This document shows, in pieces, positions 28,866 through 36,285 of a stretch of DNA of 64,000 nucleotides (position 1 is the stretch's first letter; the number at the start of each line of letters is the position of its first letter). The notes beneath the pieces were generated by a model, which did no database searches, had not been told where the DNA came from, and was given only the letters and a program-made list of their open reading frames with translations. The stretch is taken from NCBI GenBank assembly GCA_964388955.1, contig CAYMCO010000015.1, positions 21,266 to 85,265 on the forward strand. The letters run 5' to 3'. The DNA is from an uncultured Anaerolineaceae bacterium (GTDB lineage: Bacteria > Chloroflexota > Anaerolineae > Anaerolineales > E44-bin32). The position numbers and the translations under genes are program-made.

Positions 28866-29546
28866 TCAGACGGCACTCTCCCGGATACCGAAGATCACGA
28901 GGTAGAAGCCCAAAATCAGTTCGAAAGCGACCATGGGCAACATCATGACCATGTTGGCGTTCTCTGGCAGATCGACGACCAATGCCAAGACAGAACCCAG
29001 AGCGAACACGACAGCACTGGCTACCCCGTAGATGGCCAGGGCGACGGGGATTACCCGGCCCTTGAGGAACAAGTAGTTGTTGAACAGGCTACCAATTGAC
29101 AGGAAGACGAAGGAAGTCCAGACAGCCAACGTCGACGCAGCGATGAGAATCTGGCCAAGAATCTCGACATCCCCCATCCCGGCCGCGGACGATGTGATGG
29201 CTGAACGGCCCAATGTCAGCACCAGGTAGTCCGGAATCTTCGCCCCCGCCTGGAGCACAACCTCCGCGATCCGCCATCCCAAGGCAAGGAGGGCTAAGTA
29301 ATGGTTGATGGGTCTCAGGACGACGTACAGCGAAAACGCCAGGGACATGACCGCGACCATGGCCAAGAAATCGATCGAGACGGCCGTCCGATATTGGACT
29401 GCGTTGGCTGCCACGAGGCCGAGAGTGCTGGGGATATCCGCTGCGTTGATAAGCTTACCCTTGAGCGCCAAGTTGGCCACAAGAAAAGCCAACACAGTCG
29501 ATACATAGAGCGCACCAGTAATCCTGGAAACTCGCTTCCGGTCCAT
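28866..29546 (-). CDS. DUF4386-like membrane protein
   Basis: MDRKRVSRITGALYVSTVLAFLVANLAL...FLSIGSLFNNYLFLKGRVIPVALAIYGV...FELILGFYLVIFGI. AGGAGG lies upstream of ATG 29546. Confidence 0.7.
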   Translation of the reverse strand: MDRKRVSRITGALYVSTVLAFLVANLALKGKLINAADIPSTLGLVAANAVQYRTAVSIDFLAMVAVMSLAFSLYVVLRPINHYLALLALGWRIAEVVLQAGAKIPDYLVLTLGRSAITSSAAGMGDVEILGQILIAASTLAVWTSFVFLSIGSLFNNYLFLKGRVIPVALAIYGVASAVVFALGSVLALVVDLPENANMVMMLPMVAFELILGFYLVIFGIRESAV

Positions 29547-29623
29547 TCCTGCCTCCTGAACCGCGTTTCAACGCCTGCAAATTTCGATTGGCCATATTGA
29601 GCATATCCGGAGAGTGGGGCCAG

Positions 29624-29659
29624 TGTCATACCTCCAAATCCTGCCCAACATGGGCGCAA
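29624..29659 (-). promoter_or_regulatory. degenerate half-copy of the intergenic motif (copy F)
   Basis: TGTCATACCTCCAAATCCTGCCC... Only the TGTCATACC end is conserved. It sits 78 nt upstream of the start at 29546, the same spacing as copies A and C. Confidence 0.35.
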
Positions 29660-29688
29660 ACGAAATCTCAAATATGGCGATCCCGCGT

Positions 29689-30183
29689 TTAGATCTCCGG
29701 TCGTCGGAAGTAAGCCCGTCTTCCGATCAACAGAACCCCCGCTGCGATCACGCCCAGGAACAGGAAGAGATATGTCTGGAGGCAAGGGCCTGGCCAGTTC
29801 AGAATCGCAAGCTCATACGTCCCTTGAATGATCGCGTTGGCGATGAGCATGATCCCCCAGAAGAGCCCCAGCGCCCAAGCAAATCGCCTTCCCCGTCTGA
29901 GCTCGATGGCAAGGTAAATCCCCAGGATGCCGATCCACAGCTCTTCCCACAGCGGTTTGAGCATGCTCAGATTGAAGTATCCGAGCGCCGCCGGTTCGAT
30001 GGTCCTGACATCGAACTGAGATCCGGCGTACTTCAGCCCGTGCTCGATGATGACGGTCCCTCCACTCAGCAAGAGCAGGGGCACGGTCCATAGGAGAAAT
30101 AGGATCGAAAGGGCCATTATGACAATCCATACTAATCTGGAAGTTCCCTTCCCCGCGGACATTGAGCTTCTCCTCATCTCCAT
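29689..30183 (-). CDS. membrane protein, unknown function
   Basis: Only the C-terminal ~165 aa of track ORF 29689..30438 look protein-like (RLVWIVIMALSILFLLWTVPLLLLSGG...). The start is ATG 30183, 30177 or 30162. The 5' part of the track ORF runs across the motif and the small ORF. Confidence 0.5.
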   Translation of the reverse strand: MEMRRSSMSAGKGTSRLVWIVIMALSILFLLWTVPLLLLSGGTVIIEHGLKYAGSQFDVRTIEPAALGYFNLSMLKPLWEELWIGILGIYLAIELRRGRRFAWALGLFWGIMLIANAIIQGTYELAILNWPGPCLQTYLFLFLGVIAAGVLLIGRRAYFRRPEI

Positions 30184-30221
30184 CCCTTGGCATTTGATTC
30201 TGCCCCCACGATTTTCGAAGC

Positions 30222-30338
30222 CTACTCCCTCTTCTCCCGATAGACCGAGACGAACCAGAGCAGGCCGATGCCGGTGAAGAACGCTCCCAGCCCAGCAAAT
30301 ACATGAAAAAAGGCCGCGATGGCTTCGGATGCATCCAT
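30222..30338 (-). CDS. 38-aa single-TM peptide (below the ORF-track cutoff)
   Basis: AAGGAGGAG, 4 nt spacer, then ATG 30338. The product is MDASEAIAAFFHVFAGLGAFFTGIGLLWFVSVYREKRE followed by a stop at 30224-30222. It has one hydrophobic helix and a basic tail. Confidence 0.45.
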   Translation of the reverse strand: MDASEAIAAFFHVFAGLGAFFTGIGLLWFVSVYREKRE

Positions 30339-30432
30339 GTTCTCCTCCTTCTCGTCGCGAGTTCTCGAAACGCGCGATGGGCCCCAAACTGCGCCCACCC
30401 TTCAAATGCAGTCTAAGCACGACTAGACCGCG

Positions 30433-30468
30433 TGTCATACCCCGAAAGGACTATTCAAAGGGTTAATT
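30433..30468 (-). promoter_or_regulatory. conserved 36-nt intergenic motif, copy E
   Basis: The plus strand reads TGTCATACCCCGAAAGGACTATTCAAAGGGTTAATT. It lies 60 nt downstream of the stop of the LuxR-type gene 30528..33290 and 95 nt upstream of the 38-aa ORF. Confidence 0.7.
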
Positions 30469-30527
30469 CAATCCAATTCGAAGGGAAAAGAGCGAGATAT
30501 TGAAAATCGAAGAATGGCGGCCAGCGA

Positions 30528-33290
30528 TCAAGTGAAGGGCAGGATACCCAGCGCCCTTGCCTTGGAGATTGCCTGCGTGCGGTTGTTCACATCGAGTTTG
30601 CCGTAGATATTCCGCGTGTGGGCCTTGACGGTGTTGACGGATAGAAAGAGGCGGGCGGCGATCTGCCGATTGGTCAAGCCCTCGGAGATGTGCTGCAACA
30701 CATCGATCTCGCGCTCGGTCAACTGCTCAACGAGATGGGACTCTTGGGCTTTATGCGTTGACGGAGCCGCAGCCTCCGGTTCAGGGACCGGGAACGCACC
30801 CAGCAGCCGTTGCGCGTATCCCCCCGCCGCCTCTCGAGCCGCGGCCTCATAGAGCAGGCGGGCCATCGGAGGTCCCTCATCCAGGAAGATACGCACGAAA
30901 CCAAGCGGTTCGGCGAGGGCAAGCCCCCTCCCCAGCGAATCCAACGCCCGGTTCGTATCTCCCCAGGCTTGCAGGTCAAGCGCCTGGAGAATCAAGATTT
31001 CGATCACCCTCGATTTCCGCCCGGCCGTTTCCGCACCCTCGAGCAACGCTGCTAGAAGCCTCAAGGATTCTTCCATCCGTCCCAGGCGCATGAGCACTCG
31101 GGAGAGCGTGATGTATTCCACCTCGTGCAAATAGGTCGGCTGCCCATCGACCTTAAGCCCACGCTCCATCACCCAGTAGGATGCCGCGTCCAGCCTACCC
31201 TGAGCAAGCCAAGTGCGGGCCTGCCAGGCGGCCATCTGCGTTGGGATCCATGCAGGCATTTCGCTGTCCCGGGCCATTCTCTCAACCTTTCGCAACACGT
31301 TCTCGAGGCCGGCAAGATCCCCCATGGAGAACAGGACCCGGGCCAGGCACAAGTTGCTCCATCCGATCATGGCTACATCCCGACCCCTCTCGGTCAGACC
31401 CACCCCTTTCTCAGCCCGGTCAATGGCCTTGCCCAACTGATCCATCTCCGCGAGCACTTCCCCCCAGATTGCCAACAAGTAGCCAGCCGCGACCGTCTCC
31501 GATCTCCCAAATTCGCGCGCGGACCCTATCTGCCGCTCACATAGATCGATGATCTGCCTCAGCTCTCCCCGCTGCCTGAGCGTCTCGGCAAGCCGCAGAT
31601 GGGCGAGCATGAGCAGGTAGATATCACCTGTCGCTTCACTCGCTACCACGGTATCCCATCGGGCTTTGTAAGCGGCCTGCATGTCGCCCTGGTTTGCATG
31701 GGCGTCTCCCATGGCAATCAAGGCCGCGCTGCGCCAAAAGAGGTCCGTCTCGGGCAGATTGCCCAGCGCCCTGTGCGCCGACTCGAGGGTGGCAGACACA
31801 TCCCCCGCGTAGGACGCCAGAAACGCTCGGATCGTCGCCGCTCTCCCCACCAGCCTCGATCGATCCGCGACTGCGGGGCCATATTGCCCTGCGTGGGCCT
31901 CAGCGCTTTGATCGGGGTTGGTGAGGAGGATCTCGTCCAGGGAGGCTAGGCTTTCAGCCGCTGCCGCCAATTGGCCGCCGGTGAATAGATTCCAGGCTTG
32001 CAGCAGACATAGCTGCGGATTGGCGGCCACCAGATCGGCCGGCAGCGCTGCCAACCAGCGCCGGAGCTTCATATGCTCACCGCCCTGGTACATGACGTCG
32101 AATTGCGTTTCGATCATGGCCGCTGCGCGCTCATAATCCCTGCCGCGCAACGCATGCTCGATGGCCGGATCAATGAATCCGTTTTCCGCATACCATAGGC
32201 TGGCCAAGCGATGCAGGCCGGGTACTTGATCCGGATGCGACTGGCCCAAACGCTGTCGCAAGAAATCCGCGAAGAGCGGATGATACCGGTACCATCGTCT
32301 TTGGGCATCCAGGGGAAGGAGAAACAGGTTGCGCCTCTCCAGGATCTGCAGTGTCGAAGTTCCAACGGCTTCGCCCACGAGCGCGTCGCACAAGGGCCCT
32401 GTCAGGCGGTCGAGAATGGCGGTCTTTATCAGGAATCGCTGGATCGACTCTGATTGCTTTTCCAGGACCTCCTCAACGAGATAGTCGAGTACGAAGCGAT
32501 GGCTCCCAGAGAAGGCTTCGATGAAATCGCCTCTATCTTCCAGCCCCTGCATCGAAAGGGCGGCCAACTGTAGGCCAGCGATCCAGCCTTCGGTGCGCGC
32601 TTCCAGGGCCTCGATGTTCTTCTCCGAGAGTCCGAGCCCCATCACCTGGTTGAGAAACTCCGCCGACTCTGCGAGCGTGAAGCGCAGATCCGATGCTCGC
32701 AACTCAGCGAGCTGATCCTGGGCCCGCAGGCGGGCCAAGGGAAGATTCGGATCCACTCGGGTGACGAGCGCCAAATGCACGCTTGGAGGCATGTGCTCAA
32801 GTGTGAAGAGCAAGGCATCATCAACCGCGGAAGATTCGACGACATGGTAGTCATCGAGCACCAGCACCATCCTGCCGGGTGTGGCAGCGAAGGCGTTGAC
32901 CAGCGCGGTCAGCACGTCCTCGTACGGGGGCGCCTGAGGAGAACGGAGCATGCCAAGGATCCGTTCCTCCGTCTTCCCTTCAAGGGCCCCGAGCCGGCTG
33001 AGGGCGACGATCATGTAGGTCAGGAACCGCGTCGGATCGTTGTCCCCTTCGTCCAGCGAGACCCAGGCGACTTGGCCCCTGTTGGGGCTTTCACTGGCCC
33101 CAGCCGCGCCCACGTCCGCCACCCATTTGCTGATCAGTGTCGTCTTTCCAAAACCCGCCGGAGCCGAAATCAGGCTCATCCTGCGGCTCAGGCCCCTGTT
33201 CAACTGTTCTATTAGCCGCGGCCGCGAGACGAGATTCGCCCGCGCAGGGGGAATAAATAGCTTCGCACTGAGTATCTCTCGGGGAGACAT
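30528..33290 (-). CDS. MalT-like STAND ATPase / LuxR-family transcriptional regulator (paralog)
   Basis: 920 aa. P-loop MSLISAPAGFGKT and C-terminal HTH LTEREIDVLQHISEGLTNRQIAARLFLSVNTVKAHTRNIYGKLDVNNRTQAI. It is collinear with 23549..26338 from the first residues (KLFIPPARANLVSRPRLIEQLNRGL versus KLYVPPARSKRVARPRLIERLNDGL). Confidence 0.85.
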   Translation of the reverse strand: MSPREILSAKLFIPPARANLVSRPRLIEQLNRGLSRRMSLISAPAGFGKTTLISKWVADVGAAGASESPNRGQVAWVSLDEGDNDPTRFLTYMIVALSRLGALEGKTEERILGMLRSPQAPPYEDVLTALVNAFAATPGRMVLVLDDYHVVESSAVDDALLFTLEHMPPSVHLALVTRVDPNLPLARLRAQDQLAELRASDLRFTLAESAEFLNQVMGLGLSEKNIEALEARTEGWIAGLQLAALSMQGLEDRGDFIEAFSGSHRFVLDYLVEEVLEKQSESIQRFLIKTAILDRLTGPLCDALVGEAVGTSTLQILERRNLFLLPLDAQRRWYRYHPLFADFLRQRLGQSHPDQVPGLHRLASLWYAENGFIDPAIEHALRGRDYERAAAMIETQFDVMYQGGEHMKLRRWLAALPADLVAANPQLCLLQAWNLFTGGQLAAAAESLASLDEILLTNPDQSAEAHAGQYGPAVADRSRLVGRAATIRAFLASYAGDVSATLESAHRALGNLPETDLFWRSAALIAMGDAHANQGDMQAAYKARWDTVVASEATGDIYLLMLAHLRLAETLRQRGELRQIIDLCERQIGSAREFGRSETVAAGYLLAIWGEVLAEMDQLGKAIDRAEKGVGLTERGRDVAMIGWSNLCLARVLFSMGDLAGLENVLRKVERMARDSEMPAWIPTQMAAWQARTWLAQGRLDAASYWVMERGLKVDGQPTYLHEVEYITLSRVLMRLGRMEESLRLLAALLEGAETAGRKSRVIEILILQALDLQAWGDTNRALDSLGRGLALAEPLGFVRIFLDEGPPMARLLYEAAAREAAGGYAQRLLGAFPVPEPEAAAPSTHKAQESHLVEQLTEREIDVLQHISEGLTNRQIAARLFLSVNTVKAHTRNIYGKLDVNNRTQAISKARALGILPFT

Positions 33291-33505
33291 GCACGCACCC
33301 CATCCCTACGTCTCTGGCAGTATATATCCTGAAGAAAGGTGGCTCAAGTTCAAGAGCGGGTAGGGAATTGTCCGCCTACCAGGCAAGACCGCGTGCTGCT
33401 TCCCAATAGCCGCCAACCCGGCCGTTCACGCAGCCTCGCTCCGCCCATCCCCATCATCCCAGCCCAAGACGAAGGCCTGCGCCGCTCCGAACACGCGTTT
33501 GGCGC

Positions 33506-33534
33506 TTGACATTTATGCATTTCGCATATATGCT
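33506..33534 (+). promoter_or_regulatory. sigma70-like promoter with embedded palindrome (candidate NrtR operator)
   Basis: TTGACA (33506-33511), a 17-nt spacer, then TATGCT (33529-33534). The spacer contains the palindrome TATGC-ATTTC-GCATA (33514-33528). This is an AT-rich island in GC-rich DNA, about 30 nt upstream of the GGGAGGA-ATG at 33564. Confidence 0.55.
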
Positions 33535-33563
33535 ATATGAAGATAAGTATCCGGGAGGACCCC

Positions 33564-34316
33564 ATGCAGAAGCCAGAGGCGGAAGGCGACGTGGCGGAGG
33601 TTATCTCCGAAGTTCGTCTCACGGACGACTTCCCCCGCCCCGCTGTGTCTGTCGATGTGGCGGCACTGAGCGCCCATGAGGGGCATCTTTGGGCGCTCGT
33701 GATCAAGCGGCGAAAGGCTCCGTATCGAGAATCCTGGGCGCTGCCTGGAGGTTTCATCGGGATGCAAGAGTCGCTTGACCAAGCCGCCCAGCGCCTGCTG
33801 TCCGACGAGGCTGGCTTGAAGGATGTCTACCTGGAACAGCTCTATACCTTCGGAGAACCGGATCGAGATCCGCGGGCGCGGGTCATCACCGTTGCCTACT
33901 ATGCGCTCGTCGCCTGGCGCCGCCTGCAGCATCTGCAATCCAAAGAGCAGCCCACGTTGATGAGGCTGGATGTGGAATGGTCGGGGGAGACGGGCGGCCC
34001 GGTCGATTTGCTCGATGAAGGAGGCAAACGCCAGGCGATCGCCTTCGACCACACTGATATCCTGGGCATGGCTGTGAAACGCATTCGGGGCAAGCTGGAC
34101 TACGTCCCCATCGGGTTCCAATTGCTGCCGGAGCGCTTCACCCTGCGCCAGCTTCAACAGGTCCACGAAACGATTCTGGGCAACCCGCTGAACAAGGATT
34201 CCTTTCGGCGGCGCATGCTGTCGTCCGGGCTACTCGAGGCCACCGGGGAGCGCGAGCAGGATGTTGATCACCGTCCCGCCGAGCTCTACCGCTTCACGAG
34301 ACGCTCGGCGATATAG
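33564..34316 (+). CDS. NrtR-like regulator (degenerate Nudix domain plus C-terminal winged helix)
   Basis: The Nudix box GGFIGMQESLDQAAQRLLSDEAGL has RE changed to RL and EE changed to DE. The C-terminus FDHTDILGMAVKRIRGKLDYVPIGFQLLPERFTLRQLQQVHETILGNPLNKDSFRRRMLSSGLLEATGE matches the NrtR wHTH pattern. The start is at the SD-preceded ATG 33564, not 33537. Confidence 0.75.
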   Translation: MQKPEAEGDVAEVISEVRLTDDFPRPAVSVDVAALSAHEGHLWALVIKRRKAPYRESWALPGGFIGMQESLDQAAQRLLSDEAGLKDVYLEQLYTFGEPDRDPRARVITVAYYALVAWRRLQHLQSKEQPTLMRLDVEWSGETGGPVDLLDEGGKRQAIAFDHTDILGMAVKRIRGKLDYVPIGFQLLPERFTLRQLQQVHETILGNPLNKDSFRRRMLSSGLLEATGEREQDVDHRPAELYRFTRRSAI

Positions 34317-34335
34317 CGGGGAAAGGAGACATTCC

Positions 34336-35358
34336 ATGGCTGAAATCCGGAATTACGGGATCCTGCATCATCTGCGATCCGAACCATCGGCGCATATGCT
34401 GCGCTTCCGGGGCGGCCGGCTCGTCGCCAGCGGCGCCGGCATGGCCTTCTGGTTCCAGTCCCTCTCGACGGCGCTGGCCGAAGTGCCGCTGGACGATCGT
34501 GAGCTTCCCTTCTTGATCGGCGCCCGCACGCTCGACTTCCAAGAGGCATCGATCCAAGGCGCGTTGACCTTTCGCGTGGCCGATCCGGAACGGCTGGCGA
34601 GCCGCATTGACTTCAGCATCGACCTACGCGAGGGCCGCTACCTTCAGAGGCCCCTTGAGCAGCTCGCAGACCTCATCATCCAGTTCGCCCAGGGTTTTGC
34701 CATCGAATACCTCAATCAAACCCCGCTTCGGCAGGTGCTTTCCCAAGGTCTGCCCGAAGTGCGTGCGCGCATCACACGGGGTCTCGGGAATAGCCCGGAA
34801 CTGGCAGCCCTGGGGATCGAGTTGGTGGCGGTGCGGCTGGAAGGGATCTCCCCATCCGCCGAGGTGGAAAAGGCGCTCCAAGCCCCGGCACGAGAGTCGA
34901 TCCAGCAGCGGGCGGATCAAGCAGCCTTCGAGCGCCGGGCGAAGGCCGTGGAGAAGGAACGCGCCATCGCCGAGAACGAGCTGCAGAACAAAATCGAATT
35001 GGCTCGCCGCGAGGAGACTTTGATCGCTCAACAGGGTCTAAATGAGCGCAGACGGGTGACTGACGAAGCGGAGACACGCCGGTTGGAAGCCGAGGCAGAG
35101 GCGACCCGGCTCAAAGTGCGTCGCCAGGCCGAGGCGGAGGGGATCGATCTGCTGCAAGGTGCTCACAACCGGGCGGAGGCGGACCGCATGGGGATCTATC
35201 GGGAGCTACCATCTGACGTATTGCTTGGGCTCGCTGCCCGGGAGTTGGCTGGGAAGCTGGAGCACATCGACTACCTGAATGTGGCTCCCGAGACGCTCAG
35301 CCCACTCCTGGCCGGTTTGATGGCTGCCGGCAAGCGGAAGCTGGAAAATGCGGAATGA
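34336..35358 (+). CDS. SPFH/band-7 domain protein without an N-terminal TM segment
   Basis: GAAAGGAGA lies upstream of ATG 34336. The SPFH core runs from [15 protein letters not shown] to [35 protein letters not shown], followed by a long charged coiled-coil tail ([29 protein letters not shown]...). Confidence 0.75.
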   Translation: MAEIRNYGILHHLRSEPSAHMLRFRGGRLVASGAGMAFWFQSLSTALAEVPLDDRELPFLIGARTLDFQEASIQGALTFRVADPERLASRIDFSIDLREGRYLQRPLEQLADLIIQFAQGFAIEYLNQTPLRQVLSQGLPEVRARITRGLGNSPELAALGIELVAVRLEGISPSAEVEKALQAPARESIQQRADQAAFERRAKAVEKERAIAENELQNKIELARREETLIAQQGLNERRRVTDEAETRRLEAEAEATRLKVRRQAEAEGIDLLQGAHNRAEADRMGIYRELPSDVLLGLAARELAGKLEHIDYLNVAPETLSPLLAGLMAAGKRKLENAE

Positions 35359-36265
35359 CGCGGTGGGGACGAGCGTCCCTCGGGTGATCGTCATCACCCG
35401 GGCAACGGCGTATGAACGCCTGCTCCAACAACACGGAACGTCCGGGCAAGCGCGCTTCTTTCTCGAACGCCGAGGGGTTGCCTTGGAGACTCTATTGGAA
35501 ATCCATGCCCGGCAGGAACGCGCCCTCAAGCTCGTTCAGGGATCCATCCCTCGCGATTGGCGTCGAGGCAGAATCGATCGAGAAGGACTGGATCGGTTCT
35601 TGTTTGAGGACCGCGATGTGGTGGTGGCGGTGGGGCAAGATGGCCTGGTGGCGAACGTGGCCAAATATCTACGGGGGCAACCCGTCATCGGCATCAATCC
35701 CAGCCCTGACCGCTACCCAGGGGTGCTCGTCCCTCACCTTCCCGAAGCAGCCGCTGAGTTGCTGTTGGCGGCCGGGCGCGGGCACGCCGAGATTCAGCGC
35801 AGGACAATGGTGGAAGCTCGTCTGGATGACGGCCAGCAACTGTTGGCGCTGAATGAGATCTACGTCGGGCACGCCAGCCATCAGTCCGCCCGCTATCGCC
35901 TGAGGTGGGATGGCCGCGAAGAGCGCCAGTCGTCTTCCGGCCTGATTGTGGCGACCGGCACAGGGGCCACTGGCTGGGCCCGCTCTATCCACCAGGAGAG
36001 GGGATCTTCCCTCGAGCTGCCCGATCCAACTGATCCGAGATTGGCTTTCTTCGTTCGTGAAGCCTGGCCCTCCCCCGACTCAGGCACCGCGCTGACCGAG
36101 GGCCTTTTGGAAGGACGGGAAGGCCTGCGGATCCTCAGCGAGATGGAGAATGGCGGGGTAGCCTTTGGTGACGGGATCGAAGCGGATCACATGGACCTCT
36201 TGTGGGGCCAGCAACTGGTCGTCGGCCTGGCGCGTGCGCGCCTAAACCTGGTGCTCGGCACCTAG
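35348..36265 (+). CDS. NAD kinase-fold protein (ATP-NAD kinase/diacylglycerol kinase superfamily)
   Basis: [18 protein letters not shown] is a GGDG-type motif with Q in place of [10 protein letters not shown] is the NE motif. [18 protein letters not shown] corresponds to the GDGLIVSTPTGSTAY block of NadK. The gene overlaps the SPFH stop by 11 nt. Confidence 0.7.
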   Translation: MRNDAVGTSVPRVIVITRATAYERLLQQHGTSGQARFFLERRGVALETLLEIHARQERALKLVQGSIPRDWRRGRIDREGLDRFLFEDRDVVVAVGQDGLVANVAKYLRGQPVIGINPSPDRYPGVLVPHLPEAAAELLLAAGRGHAEIQRRTMVEARLDDGQQLLALNEIYVGHASHQSARYRLRWDGREERQSSSGLIVATGTGATGWARSIHQERGSSLELPDPTDPRLAFFVREAWPSPDSGTALTEGLLEGREGLRILSEMENGGVAFGDGIEADHMDLLWGQQLVVGLARARLNLVLGT

Positions 36266-36285
36266 GGAATTCACGCCGCACTCCG

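Noticed and set aside
14006-30468. Interpreting the repeated motif as integron attC sites or as a CRISPR-like array
   Set aside because: The units between copies are multi-gene and 3-7 kb long. There is no integrase or cas gene in the window. The GTTAA(A/T) ends fit the attC core GTTRRRY only partly. The spacing is irregular and kilobase-scale, which is not an array.
14006-30468. Interpreting the motif simply as a sigma70 promoter (TTAACC as -35, TATGAC as -10)
   Set aside because: The spacer between these hexamers would be 21 nt in every copy, far from the 16-18 nt optimum. No alternative hexamer pair fits either. I kept it as an operator or leader-RNA candidate instead.
33513-34166. 217-aa - strand ORF
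   Set aside because: It is antisense to the NrtR-like gene, which has a recognisable Nudix box, a wHTH domain, an SD and a promoter.
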